Positions 22,686-36,315 are shown, counted from the stretch's first letter. The stretch is DNA of 64,000 nucleotides from Negaprion brevirostris (GCA_030324005.1 JARDVH010000115.1:44261277-44325276), one strand, 5' to 3'. Numbers and translations: made by a program. Notes: generated by a model not told the origin, from the letters alone.

Positions 22686-25600
22686 GACAGTGTGATGGGA
22701 TGCGATGTCTAATTCCATGGCTTTGTAGACAGAACACAGGAGCAGTCTTACAGATCAGACAAGGTGGCATAGCCTCTTGTATTTCCGTCCTTTCATCTTC
22801 CAATAAAGAACACACTTTATTGTTTTACCAATCCTTGTTGTATAATTGATACATTTGCAAAAAAACCCCACAAGAATACAATCTGGTGGTAGCCAATGAT
22901 TTTTGAAGATTTGACTGAGAAATGTGTCAGCTTCAACCTTTGCACATGTAACAGAGGGACTGATGTGGAGCTGAAACAACTGTCAAGTACAAACAGAATG
23001 GAAGTGATTCTCCACCACTGTAGGAATCCAACATCATTGGCCTCTACTTCTGGTCATGCTACTGAGACTAAAGAACTGAAGGAAATTCTCTAAGGCAGGG
23101 CCTCCACCCAAGTGAGAGACAGATGGCTTACCTCCAGCCAATTAATGCCCACATACTCTTAAATGCTGCGAGGCTACCACGTGTGTGGTGATGCGTTCCC
23201 TCAGCAGTGGTAAGCTGCCATCAGGAAAATACTGTTCTTAGCGAAAGACATCTTAATTCCCTAATGTCTGATTTCTACCCTTCAAGGAATGAGGAAGTGC
23301 CAGGTAAGTAAGTATATCCCTGTTTAACTGTTTGCTGTCAATTTAGTTTACATAGGGGGTTTATATAAATGTAGATTCCGAAATTCATTGAGATTGCTGC
23401 TGATCTCTTCCCAGAGAATCTACAGGAAAAAGACAAGGGGGGATTTTCCCATCCCGCAGTACTGCTTTGTTAACACAGTGGGCCTGGAGACTTGACTGAA
23501 GGCCGTTTTGCGGGCCCCCCGTTGGGCACCAAGGCCTCCGCACTGGAAATAGGTGTGAAGCTGCTGAATATATTCAATGTTATTTAAATGCTATCAGCAG
23601 GCCCCGGATTGAAATCTCTGGGCCGACTAGCCTCTTCCACCAACCCCTGCTAGGAGTGGTTCACTCCATTTAGGTTTATTACAGCTCCCCATTTGCCAGG
23701 AGCTGGCAGCCTGACCCTGCTAGAGTGATGGTGGGGGCAATCAAGCTGCCCCCAGAGGGTCGGGTGCTGGGGGGTGCCCCCGGGCATTGCCACCTTGGCA
23801 GTGCCAGCCTGTGTCCCTCGCACTTCCCAAGGGGTAAAATGCCAATGCCCAGGGGGTACCTTGGTGCTGCCCACCAGGCATTGCACTTTACTCCAGTTTT
23901 TAAACAAATTCAACCCTTAGNNNNNNNNNNNNNNNNNNNNNNNNNNNNNNNAAAGAAATGACAGAAAGGGGGAAGAGGCAGAGTCTCACCTGGTTTTCAA
24001 TGTAACATGGCATTTCACCATAATATTTAATATTTTCACAGCGCCAGGGCCTGAAGTTCAACCTCCTTCTTGAGGCAATAAGAGCATGGTCAGAATAGAG
24101 GCTGCCTGGGAAGGCCTCATTATGCAACTGGGGTTGGCAGCTAGAATATGGGGTAGAAATTAATACCCCCTGTTGGGCAGTTTTGGAATTATGGGGGAAC
24201 ATAATTGGATGGGAGAGTGCTGAGTGGACTCACTGCCACCTTCCTGCCTCTAAAGTTAAATCTAGGGTTATGGATGACCTGATGATCACCGTGTTGTCAT
24301 TCAGGCCCTTAAGTGGATTGTTAATATCCGTTGAAGGCCCTCATCTTGCTGCCACTGGTATCAGGCAATTGAGTATTTGCTTGAATTCCTGAGTGGACTC
24401 TCTCATTGTCAAGGAGGGCAGGATTTCGCCCCCTTGGTCCTTGAAGTGATCACTACTGACCATTTAAGTGTCTGATTAATGGATCATTTTGAAAGGAGGC
24501 AGTGGGACCATTGTTGGCTGCTCAAAGGGTGAAACCTCTGTTGCCTGAATTAAACTCTGGTCATGATGCGCAACATGTAAATGTACATGCTTATAGTTAA
24601 CAAGTCACATTCTTGAAAACCAGAACTCCTTTGCAGGGAAAGAAGAAGTTGAAAGGCTTTACCAGAGTATCTACAGTGTCCATTCCTTCTGACCCTTAAC
24701 TGCCTTCATGTGACAAGGTAACTAGTGGTGAAAGAGGGATCTCAAAATGAGAAGAGAGGCAATAGTGAAGTCTGGCCTGGCTTTGGACCTTGATTTCAAA
24801 ATTAATATTTCAGACAGGGATTGTAAACATTCAGAGCCAGTGAACCTATGAAGTTTAGCATTCGATCAGTAATTCAGGGAACCCCTCCCCCACTACCCAG
24901 GATCAACTTAGTCAGATGTGATCTGATGAAAATGTTGGAATTCTGGCTCATTAGCTTTTCCAACTCATTATTCTCTCATTTCTAAAGATGAACCTCCTTT
25001 GGAAAGGAGCATCTTCTATCAGTAGCACGTTCTACCTAAAGTTAATAGTAATGACTGATCTGAGTTGTGACCTGAATTAAGATCCCCCTACTCCAGAGCT
25101 ACATAGCAAAAAGGATTCCCAGAACTTCAGTCCCACTGTATTTTAATGTTACTGGCATCTATTGGAAAATATAAATGATTTTCCATGTTATACCTAGGTT
25201 AGAGCTGATGTGTTTTAATTTGCTGCTCTGTGGTTTGTTGCAGCATTTGAGAATGTGGATATCAGAGCTGGGTTAGTCATGTGGGAAGAATATTCTGTTC
25301 GGGTGTAGTAGAATAAATTTGGATTAATTAAAATTAATTTAACTGTGATTACGAGTGATAGAAGGGCAAGTGAAATAATAACAGAGAAATATTATAGGAA
25401 GTACACTAACAGAAAGCTATAAGCATCTGTTTCAATATTTCTGGTGCTGTACACAGAACTAAGGCCAAGTGGAATAGGAGGCCATGGGAGGGAGAAGTGA
25501 GGGAGAGTGTATAGAGTTCAATTGTGCTCTGTTTGATTATTTAAGTCTGTGTATCTATGTTCACTGTGGTTGATTGGTTAAGTCTGGGCGTAGATATCAC

Positions 25601-25699
25601 AATGATCTGGAACACTGAGACATTTTGTGATGGCAGAAATATTGTAAAACAAAACACACATACCAGCGTCATCTCTGCATTGCTCTGAGGAAAATCAAA

Positions 25700-25970
25700 C
25701 AACTTGGGGCTTTAGGGAGTAGATAGGTTAAGATCAGGAAGAGATCAAGGAGCAGGAGTTAAGTGGGAGAGGCAAATGCATGAGATGGGAGATGTAGGGG
25801 GGAGAAAAAGAAGGGAGGACAATATGGGAGTGAGATGGGAAGAAAAGGTGGGAGGAAAAGGAGAAAGACATGAATGAAGAATGAAAGATAGGAAAGTGGC
25901 AAGAAGTGAGGAGCTGAAAAAGGNNNNNAGGAGCTGAAAAAGGGAGGAAGTGTTACGGGAAGGGAAAATA
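25700..25970 (+). repeat. Polypurine (GA-rich) low-complexity tract
   Basis: Strong A/G bias over about 270 bp. Confidence 0.7.
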
Positions 25971-27409
25971 ATGAGGCTGGATTTTCACCATCAAGGTAGG
26001 AAGCTTGAGTCAGAAAATGTACATGGAAAGGACCATGGCTTCAGCATTTTTATTTTGAGATGAGGTGGGGGAATAATCGAGATAGGCCCTCTAAAGGGCA
26101 GTTCAGAGGCAGCCATGGAGGAGGCGGAAGCCAAGGCACACTGTTCAGAAGGCTATCCTTGGCTGTCTGAGAATTTACGTTATTTATATAAAAGGCTGTC
26201 AAATTTTCTAGCCCCCAACCACCCTGTGTGTTCCTATATACTCTGCTGCATCACCATGCCAATTCATTTCCTTCATGTCTCCACATATTCTCCCATGCTA
26301 CCAACATGACTCCCACATCCATATGTCACTTCTATAGCCACTCACTTTAGTATCCACAATGGAATGATCTCAGGGGCTATGGAGAGATTAAAAACATGGA
26401 ATAATCTAAGAATATGCTCACTCATACGCACTTGGTACCAAAAATAACTCATTCATGAAACCCGTTTAAAGACTTTAAATCCCCTCAAGTGATCAATCTG
26501 TTATAAAGACAAAAGAAACTTCTACTCATGAACAATATCAGTTAATGTGGTTGAAGCTATTAATCAAAGTGTGAATTCAACATCCCTGCTGAGCTAATTG
26601 GTTTGGGATTATTTGAAAGTCAGTTAAACATTCATAATGGATTCAGCTGTAATAATAGCCCTTTCATGATATCCACAGCGAAGTCTATTGAAAGCCTTCA
26701 GGAAAACTGGACTTTTTTTCATCGCCACACCAAAAGGTTTGGCAATGTGTTTTTATCTTGCTTTAACTGGTAGCTGCAGTCTTTTGTTTTACTTTTAAAG
26801 AGCTGAAGATTTACATAACTTCAGATCATGACACTTAAACAGTCCTTATCCAGACTTCACAAATGTTTATTTCCCCACTATGAATTTAATCCTAACTCTT
26901 CTAACCCAGGTAGGAGCACATGTAAGGACGGTTACTCAGCAAAGCACCAAGCATGACATCAATGCTGATACTTTGACTGAGGTTATATTGATCTAAGCAA
27001 GACAGCACTACATTTGCATCTTGCAACCTTAGCACCAGCTGCTTATTCTGGTGATTGTGAGTACAGTTTAACCAGGTGATTAATGGATATTTGCCAGAAT
27101 GTGCCTTGTAGTGTGCCTTAAAGCATTGTAGTCCAGGCAGCCATGAAAGTATGAAGTCTCTTCTTAATACCGCAAAGCAGCAGCAAGAATAAAGTGAATG
27201 GTATTCTTGCTCTTAGTGCATTGTACTCTGCATTGAAATGAGATGAGTATTTATTCCTTTTTGAATGGGATTTCATGGACAAAATTTAGATTTGTATTCT
27301 GCCTTTCACTGTCATTCATAGGATATGGGTGCCACTGGCTGAATTGCCCATCCCTGAGGATATTGTTTTTGAGTTGTGGATTTGGAGTCACATGTAGGCC
27401 AGATCAGGT

Positions 27410-28037
27410 ACATACATACAGTGGAGAAGGAGGCTATCTGACCTATCAAGCATGCACTGACAACAATCCCAGCCAGGTCCTATCCCTATAACCTCACATA
27501 TTTACCCTGTTAATTCCCCTGACATTAAGGGGCACTTTAGCACAGCCAATCCATCTAACCTGTATATCTTTGGACTGTGGGAAGAAACTGGAGCACCCAG
27601 AGGAAATCTATGGGAGACACAGGGAGAATGTGCAAACTCCACACAGCCAGCAACCCATGTCTAGTATTCCTTCAGAAGGAACTCTTCAAACACAGACAAT
27701 AGAAACATAACAATAATTTCCTCCAATTTATAACTCAAAGAAAGGGTTTAATAAAGAAACTTAATTAATCCAAACTTGGAGCCTTGCCCTGGGCCACTCC
27801 AAGTTCCCCACAATTGCCAACAGATTCTTACTTATAGTGAATCAGCTGGTCAGCTGACCATCACATCATTCTGTAATTGGTTCCATGGCTTACTGGGTCA
27901 GCTGACTCTTAGAGCTTGTTACCATTGGTCACATTACATCCAATACAAAGTTGTCACCTATTACATTCTAACAGCCAGAATCGAATCTGGGTCCCTGGCA
28001 CTGTGAGGTAGCTATGCTAACCACTGTGCCACTGTGC
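27410..28037 (-). mobile_element. HE1-type V-SINE split by an insertion at 27658-27973
   Basis: SINE sequence stops at ...CAACCCA (27657) and resumes with GCCAGAATCGAATCTGGG (27974). Confidence 0.85.
27658..27973 (-). mobile_element. Putative 316-bp solo LTR
   Basis: TGT...ACA ends; on the minus strand CCAAT boxes, TATAAG and ATTAAA occur in LTR-like order; cleanly interrupts a SINE. Confidence 0.55.
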
Positions 28038-28144
28038 TGAACGACAGATTTCCTTCCCTGAAAGACTTTTGTGAAACAGGTGGATTTTTACAACAATCGA
28101 CAATGGTTTCATTGTNNNNNNNNNNNNNNNNNNNNNNNNNNNNN

Positions 28145-28250
28145 CTCAGTCTCTCCTCATAGGACCTCCCCTCCATACCAGGCAACATCCTGGTAAACCT
28201 CCTCTGTACCCTCTCCAAAGCATCCTGGTAAATCTCCTCTGTACCCTCTA
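28145..28250 (-). mobile_element. CR1 fragment with a 35-bp tandem duplication at its truncated 5' end
   Basis: LERVQRRFTRMLPGMEGRSYEERL; CATCCTGGTAAA.CTCCTCTGTACCCTCT occurs twice. Confidence 0.85.
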
Positions 28251-28614
28251 TGACACTGCCACCCCTACTATACTGGGATTGATGCAGAGACTGAGATCAA
28301 GATCCCCTATTACTACAGATTAACTAGGTAGGAGAGTGAAAATGTTATTATTGACCACTGATGAGATAACAATAATTATATTTTGAAGTTCATAACATTC
28401 AGATGAGGAGAAATTAAAATAATATTGCACATGATCTGAGTGTAGATGGCAGCGTCATCAACAATCAGTACATTCCCTGGAGGAGATTAAAAATATTATC
28501 ATGGGATACCCAGATTGATATTGGGGGATCTTAATGGATGAAGAAGAAAACAACATTTACATTTTAAAAAAATGAAAACTTCAGAAGCGCTACGACAACC
28601 AATCACTGAAGACC

Positions 28615-31434
28615 GACTCAGATTTTCAATGCACAATGACTACATGCATCCATAAACAAGGTAAATGAGTTGACACCATAAATCATCGCAAATGAATGTG
28701 ATTTAGTGGCCATTATAGAAACATGGTTACGGGGCTTTTCATGACTGCGAGTGAAATATCCAGGGATATAAAGACAATTTGGGAGGACAGACAGGAAGGT
28801 AAGGGAGGTGGTATAGCTCTGGTATTTAAGGATGACTTCAATGCGGTAGTGAGAGATCATACAGGTTCTATGGTGAAAAAGGTTGAATTTACATGGGTGG
28901 AAATCAGAAATAGTGAGGAGAAAAAGTGACTGATATGCATAATCTATAGGCCACCAAATAATAACATCATGGTGATGCAGACAATAAACAAAGAAATAAC
29001 TGATGCATGTAAAAGTGGTTTGGCAATTATCATGGGGGATTTTAATCTGCATGTCGCTTGGCCAAACCAATTCGGTCAAGGCAGTCTTGAGGAGTTAATA
29101 GAATGTATCCGTGATAGTTTCCTCAAACAGCGTGAAATAGAACCTACAAGAGAGCAAGGTATCCTAGATCTGGTCCTATGTAATGAGACAGGAATAATCA
29201 ATGATCTCACAGTTAGGGATCCTTTTGGAAGGAGCAATCATAGTATGGTTGAATTTAAAATGTAGATTGGACGGTGAGAAGGTAAAATCCAGTACCAGTG
29301 TTTTGTGCTTATACAGAGAAGTCTACAATGGGATGAAGGAAGAGTTGGCTTAGGTAGACTGGGAGCAAACTTTTTATGGTGGGACAATTGAGGAACAGTG
29401 GAGGACTTTTAAAGCGATCTTTCACAGCGCTCAGCAAAAGTATATACCAGTGATGAGGAAGGACTGTATAAAAAGAGATAATCAGCCATGGATATCAAAG
29501 GAAATAAAGGAGGGTACCAAACTGAAAGAAAATGCACATAACGTGGCAAAGATTACTGGGAAACTAGAGGTTTGAGAAATCTTCAAAGGTCAACAGAAAG
29601 CCACAAAAAAAGCTATGAAGAAAAGTAAGATGGATTATGACAGTAAACTAGCTCAGGATATAAAAACAGAAAGCAAAAGCTTCTATAAATACATAAAACG
29701 AAAAAGAGTGGTGAAGGTAAGTGTTGGTCCTTCAGAGGATGAGAAGGGGGATTTAATNNNNNNNNNNNNNNNNNNNNNNNNNNNNNNNNNNNNNNNNNNN
29801 NNNNNNNNNNNNNNNNNNNNCATAAGTAACATGCTAAAAAATTGGTGACAAGAAGTCTATGGCAGGTGAGGACCTAAAAACTATCATTATCACTAAAAAG
29901 GTAGTGTTGGGCAAGCTAATGGGGCTAGAGGTAAACAAGTCTCTTGGCTCTGATGGAATGCATCCCAAGTACTAAAAGATGGTGAGGGAAAAAGCAAATG
30001 CACTCATGGTAATTTATCAAAATTCACTGGACTCTGGGGCAGTTTCAGCAGATGACGCCGTTGTTTAATAAAGGAGGTAGACAAAAGACGGGCAACGATA
30101 GGCCGGTTAGCTTAACTTCTATAGTGGGGAAAATGCTTGAACCTATCATCAAGAAAGAAAGAGCAAGACATCTGGATGAAAATTGCCCCATTAGGCAACA
30201 TCGGTTCATGAAGGGCAGGTCATGTTTAACTAATTTACTGGAATTCTTTGAGGACATTATGAGTGAGGTGGACAATGGGGATGTGATGTATTCGGATTTC
30301 CAGAAGGCATTCAACAAGGTCCCGCAAAAAAGGCTGCTGCGTAAGATAAAGCTGCACGATATTATGGGTAATGTGTTAGCATGGGATTGGTTAGCCAACA
30401 GAAAGCAAAGAGTGGTGATAACAGGGTGTTTTTCTGGTTGTCGATCAATGACTAGTGGTGTGTCTCAGGGATCACTGTTGGGGTCACAATTGTTTACAAT
30501 TTACATAGATGATTTGGAGTTGGGGACCAAGTAAGGTGTGTCAAAGTTTGCAAGTGAAACTAAGACAAGTGGCAGAGCAAAGTATGCAGAGGACATTGAA
30601 AGCCTGCAAAGGGATATAGATAGCATAAATGAGTGGGCAAGGGTCTGGCAGATGGAGTACAATGTTAGTAACTGTGAGGTTTTGGCAGCAATAACAGTAA
30701 AATGGACTATTATTTAAATGGTAAAAATTGCAGCATGCTGCTGTGCAGAGCGACCTGAGTATCCTTGTGCAAGGATCACAAGGAGTTGGTCTGCAACAGG
30801 TAATCAANNNNNNNNNNNNNNNNNNNNNNNNNNNNNNNNNNNNNNNNNNNNNNNNNNNNNNNNNNNNNNNNNNNNNNNNNNNNNNNNNNNNNNNNNNNNN
30901 NNNNNNNNNNNNNNNNNNNNNNNNNNNNNNNNNNNNNNNNNNNNNNNNNNNNNNNNNNNNNNNNNNNNNNNNNNNNNNNNNNNNNNNNNNNNNNNNNNNN
31001 NNNNNNNNNNNNNNNNNNNNNNNNNNNNNNNNNNNNNNNNNNNNNNNNNNNNNNNNNNNNNNNNNNNNNNNNNNNNNNNNNNNNNNNNNNNNNNNNNNNN
31101 NNNNNNNNNNNNNNNNNNNNNNNNNNNNNNNNNNNNNNNNNNNNNNNNNNNNNNNNNNNNNNNNNNNNNNNNNNNNNNNNNNNNNNNNNNNNNNNNNNNN
31201 NNNNNNNNNNNNNNNNNNNNNNNNNNNNNNNNNNNNNNNNNNNNNNNNNNNNNNNNNNNNNNNNNNNNNNNNNNNNNNNNNNNNNNNNNNNNNNNNNNNN
31301 NNNATGAAGGGTTATGGTGAATGGGTAGGTAAGTGGAGCTAAGTCCATGAAAAGGTCAGCCATGATCTTATTGAATGGCAGAACAGGTTTGAGAGCCAAA
31401 TGGCCTACTCCTGCTCCTGGTTCTTCTGTTCTTA
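28615..31434 (+). mobile_element. Near full-length CR1 (HER1-like) ORF2 pseudogene: APE endonuclease, RT and 3' UTR
   Basis: LVAIIETW, IIMGDFN, ILDLVLCNE, SNH (cf. SDH); then NDRPVSLTSIVGKMLE, GRSCLTNLLEFFE, DFQKAFNKVP, SGVSQGSLLG, YIDDL; many stops, frameshifts and N gaps; typical 3' tail. Confidence 0.95.
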
Positions 31435-31721
31435 TAACAGTGCAGGCATCATCAAGTGTAACTTTAGAGTGGACACAAGTATATTCAAATCTTCTTTCAG
31501 GGGTATTGACAATTGACGGGAAGTTCTAATTTAATTGTCACATACATTTGTCTTTCAACATTGAAGAGGACAGCTTGGAAATGCTGGAGTATCATCACAT
31601 CTTGCATTGTGCTCTTTGAAGACTGATGAGATCTATGTTTGCTCGGAATAGCAGCCTGCACATTGAGCAGTAAATCCCAAATGCAAAGGGTTAGAGATCT
31701 TAATTTTTCAGTTGAAATTTA

Positions 31722-32730
31722 CATAAGAACTTAAGAACACAAGAAATACAACTAGGAGTAGACCATTTAACTTGTCAAACGTGTTCTACAATCCGTGCCA
31801 TCATGGCTGATCTCCTTCCACATTTTCCTGTCTACTCTCCTTATCCCTTGATTCTGTCAGATCAAAAATCTTTCCACCTCTGTCTTAAATATATTCAACA
31901 ACAAAGTCTCTTCTAAAGTGGAGAATTCCAAAGAGTCACAACTTGGAGGCGAAATCTGCACACGATCCTCCGGGTGTGGTATCACCAAAGCCCTGTGTAA
32001 TTGTAGCAATATTTCTTTATTCTTGTTTCCAATCACCTTGCAATAAAGTTAAAACTACAGTTTGCCTTCCTAATTGCTTTGCTGTCCTTGTATGTTAACT
32101 TTGTGCTCTGTGTACGAATATTTCCAAATCTCTCTGCATTTCAATTTTTACAAGTTTTATACCTTTCAAAAATATTCTGCTTTTCTATTCTTCCCATCGA
32201 AATGAATAACCTCACAATTTCCCATTTGCCACCTTTTGTCCACTCACTTAACCTGTTTATAACTCTTTGTATCCCCTTCATGTCCATCTCACCATCTGCA
32301 TTCTCGCTATTGTCAGCTTAACAGACACATTACTTTTGGTCTCTTCATCTAGTTATTAATATGAAATGAAAATCACCACAGTTCCAGAGGACCACAGGCT
32401 ACTCTCCCCTTTGAGAAAGAGAGACAGAGCTGATTGGTGATGAATTAAGCTGAGGGTCAGCACACCTCAGGCAAGGTTGTGAAGGTGGGGCCTTCATGAA
32501 TAACCTTAGTCGGTACAGGAATTGAACCCCTGCTGTTGACATCGCTCTGCATCACGAACCAGCCATCCAGCCAATTGAGCTAACTGACTCCCATCATTAA
32601 TATAGACCATAAATAGCTGGGGGTCACACCACAAATCTTTGCCGCATTCCTTAAATTACAGCCTGTCAACATGTAAATGTCTCCTTTATTTAAACTTCTT
32701 CTTGCCTATTAACTAATCCTCTATCCATGC
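31722..32730 (-). mobile_element. Fragmented CR1 3' region (interrupted by a SINE at 32360-32592)
   Basis: CATAAGAAC tail at 31722 and decayed RT C-terminal sequence. Confidence 0.7.
32360..32592 (-). mobile_element. Third tRNA-derived SINE family (SINE-C)
   Basis: Minus strand begins GGGAGTCAGTTAGCTCAATTGGCTGGATGGCTGG..GGGTTCAATTCC (A and B boxes); related copy at 58510-58655. Confidence 0.7.
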
Positions 32731-32967
32731 TAATGAATCACATCTGACTCTAAAATCCTAAGAAAATGGCATTGTCCTTTCTGGCATGAAAATTGATATG
32801 AATCTTGCCACCACCAGTAGGATGATCAGAACTCGATCTTTAGGTATTTTTTGCCACGTGATACATATCACGCATAAGGCACAAAGGATCTGATTCATCC
32901 ACTGTGGGGGTCATCAGAGCACTTCAGTCAATGGCTTCATAATACTCACTCTCATTCAGGCCAGGAG

Positions 32968-35545
32968 GATGGCCGCTCAAAGATATTCAGAGGGGGCCCT
33001 AACAAGCCTTTGGATGTGGTGGAGAAGAGGTGGGCAACTATCTATTCATAGGATAGCAGGAGACCTCCCAGCTATATGATGAATCCCGTCTGGGAGGCAT
33101 TGGCAGCAGTGATCACTGTGAGCAGCATTACACAGTGAACAAGTGTTCAATGTTGTAAAAAGATGAATGACATACAATCTGAAGGGGTAAGAGCCCTGTA
33201 TTTCCTTGGTATTCCACCCTTCTGTCACCCCCGGAATGACACCTGGAACCCAAATGCCACCATCTTGTGGTTTCCCAGCAACCTGACGTTCCAGCATCAT
33301 TCTCAAACTCCCCCAACACTCCTCATCAGAACCCCTACATGCCTAGGTGTAATGCCCAGACACGCCAGTTGTCAACACAAGTGGCAACACAAGTGGATAA
33401 GGTGGCCAAGAAGATATATGACATGCTTGCTTTCATCAGTCGCAGCACAGAGTATAAAAATTGGCAAGTCATGTTGCAGCTGTATTGAACTTTATTCAGG
33501 CCACAGTTGGAATATTGCGTTCAGTTCTTGTTGCCGCATGACCAGATAGATTTGGAGGCTCTGGAGAGGATACAGAAAATGTTGACTAGGAAGTTGCCTG
33601 GTGTGGAAGGTATTAGCTATGATGAGAGATTGGACAAATTTGGTTTGTTTTCACTTGAATGTTGGAGGCTGAGGGGTGACCTGATCGAAGTTTACAAAAT
33701 TATGAGAGGCATGGATAGTATGAATAGTCAGCGTCTTTTTCCCAGGTTAGAAATGTTAATTACCAGGGGACATAGGTTTAAGGTAAAAAGGGGGAAAGCT
33801 TAAAGGTGAGAGGCAAGTTTTTTACACAGAAGGTGATAAGTACCTGGAATGTGCTTCAAGAAGAGGTGGTAGAAGCAGATACAATCGCAACATTTAAGAG
33901 GCATCTTGACAGATACATGAATAGGCAGGGAATGGAGGGATATGGACTGAGTAGAAGCAAAAGTTTTTTAGAAAGGTATCATGTGTCATCGCAGGCTTGG
34001 GGCTTGAAGGGCCTGTTCCTGTGCTGTGTTTCTCTTTGTTCCTTCTTGTCCTCAACTTCCGACCCACCAAGCTCACAATACCCCCCTTTGTGTGCCTGCA
34101 GAGAAGATACTGTGTAACAAGCATGAGAGGGAGAAGATGGGTAGGGGTATATCCGACTTGAGGATTTTGACTCCATTCGAAGACCCAGCTGTGCCCCAAC
34201 CAGGTGCCGTGCATCTGGAGATGTTCTTCTCTCAGCTGCAAAGGCAGATCGGGGAAATTTACGCGTGGGTGTCAGTGACATTCCTGCAACTGCAAGGCCA
34301 ATTGAAGGAGTCCCAGAGACTTCAGTCACATGTTGTCGACATTGTGTGGCACCCACACCAACACTGCAAGAATGGTGACCACAGTGGAATGCCTAGGGCA
34401 AGATGTCAGAGCCATGACTATATGAACTCCATGGCATGGTTCAGTCTCTGTGAACCATGGTTGAGGATTTCAACACCATGGTACAGACAAGGCAGGCCTC
34501 CAATGCCAGATGAAGTTGAGGCTTCTGGAGCTCATTCCCGCTTACCCTTTATACCATGAGCACATCTGGGGTCTACAAGTACCCAAGGGAAAAGGATGCA
34601 CAGGAGCCTATTCAGGGTCTTAAACCAAGGAGATTCTTGCCTTCTGACTCCCTCCTTACTGACACTGGAGCACCTCAGGGGCAGCAGGCAGAACTGAGCA
34701 AGGGGTTAAACTGTGCCCCTGAGATGCTCTGGGTTTCAGCTGGGTCCCTCCAGATCCAGGCCCCCCAGGGACTGCCCACCAAAGTCATCCTAGACAACAG
34801 AGGATGGAAGACAACAGGCTGCCTTAACTTCCAATATGCATCCTGGGAATACACTAAACCATAGCAGGATGGCCTGCTTGCAAGATGAAGGCACTTTGGG
34901 GACACAGAGTAAGCACGGGTGAAGTAATGCACAGGGAGTTAGGGTTCAAAATAATATGTCACAATGACAACTCACCTCATTAAAAGCTGTTGTTCACAAC
35001 CTTTATGCCTCACTGTCATTGACCCTTCACCCAATGGGATAGGTCCTCACTAAATCTCAACACAGGTTTTCTAACAGGCCCTCAATGCAAAGCAAATGGC
35101 TGCACCCTTCTCCTGGACTTTGAGACTATGGGCAGCTGACTTTGGTAAGACTCAAAATAGGTGGCCAATTAATTAGTCGGGCAGGATTCTCGGAATGTTA
35201 GAGGGCACAATTACTCTCTGAGGTACAGACAGGCGACACAGGTAGGCACTGTTTATACTCAGACTGTTATCCCATAATTTAAATGCTGGCAGATCTTTAC
35301 ATTTAAGACTCGGGGCAGCCACTACATAATCTTGAAATCACTGTCCAATGGCAGACCCCCAACGCTGCCATCCCTCTGCAATTGGCCAGCAGATACCATC
35401 CCCTTATACAGTTCGCTACAAGATGGAGACTGTACTCATCTCCTTCCTCCCTCTCGGACACCATAGTGCCGGATTCCCACTTTTAAAAAGGCGCAGTAAT
35501 TCAGTCCCATGTGCCATTGCACTGGTGGATAGGAAGATTCGTTGT
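32968..35545 (+). mobile_element. Decayed Harbinger element: intron-containing Myb/SANT-like gene
   Basis: Exon 1 MAAQRYSEGAL..LDVVEKRWATIY..PVWEALAAVITVSS...TSVQCCKKMND ends at a GTAAG donor (33187); exon 2 follows CCTGCAG (34101) with EKILCNKHEREKMGRGISDLRILTPFED. This is the trihelix/Myb pattern of Harbinger ORF2. The right boundary is uncertain. Confidence 0.65.
33375..34048 (+). mobile_element. CR1 3' fragment inside the Harbinger Myb-gene intron
   Basis: QVDKVAKKIYDMLAFISRSTEYK, LEYCVQF, LERIQK, LRGDLIEVYKIMRG, TRGHRFKV motifs and 3' UTR. Confidence 0.92.
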
Positions 35546-35619
35546 CTGAATTTTTTTAATATTCATTCATGGAATGTAGGCTTTGCTGCTGGGCCAGCAT
35601 ATTTTGCCCATCCCTGAAG

Positions 35620-36315
35620 ATACTTAAATGATATTTGATGGTGTTACCATCACTGAATCCCACACTGTCAACATCTTTGGGGTTACCATAGAAACTCAAC
35701 TGGACTCACCATATAAATACAATGGTTACAAGAGCAAGTCAGAGGCTAGGAATACTGTGGCAAGTAACTCACCTTCTGACTCCCCAAAGCCTAAACACCA
35801 TCTACAAGGCACAAATCAGGAGTGTAATGGAATACTCCCCACTTACCTGGATTGGTGCGGTTCCAACAACACTCAAGAAGCTTACACAATCCAGGACAAA
35901 ACAGCTTGCTTGATTGGCACCACATCTACAAACATTCACTCCCTTCACCACCAATGCTCAGTGGCGGCAGGGTGTACTATCTACAAGATGCACTGCATCC
36001 TTAGACAGCACCTTCCAAACCCACAACCACTTCCATCTAGAAGGACAAGGGCAGGAATTGCATGGTAACACCACCACTGCAAGTTCTCCTCCAAAGCATT
36101 CACCATCCTGACTCGGAAATATATCAGCATTCTTTTGCAGTTGCTGGGTCAAAATCCTGGAATTCTCTCCCTAACAGCATTGTGGGTCAACACACAGCAC
36201 ATGGACTGCAGCGATTCCAGAAGGCAGCTCACTACCACCTTCTCAAGGGCCATTAGGGATGGGCAATAAATACTGGCCAGCCAGCAACACCCATGAGCCA
36301 TGTATGAATAAAATA
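35620..36315 (+). mobile_element. 3' end of a CR1-group LINE distinct from HER1 (partner of SINE-B)
   Basis: ITESHTVNIFGVTI..RASQRLGIL..YKAQIRSVMEYSPLTW..IQDKTACLIG..HSLHHQCSVAA..WNSLP; tail GGGC.ATTAGGGATGGGCAATAAA. Confidence 0.85.

Noticed and set aside
22896-23310. Short ORF and strong CAG|GTAAGT donor at 23302
   Set aside because: No convincing acceptor or recognisable peptide; isolated donors (also 59087 and 56886 on the minus strand) are common by chance.
28340-28385. CTGATGA inside an AT-rich hairpin
   Set aside because: No stem II or GAAA, so not a hammerhead; no C/D snoRNA architecture either.
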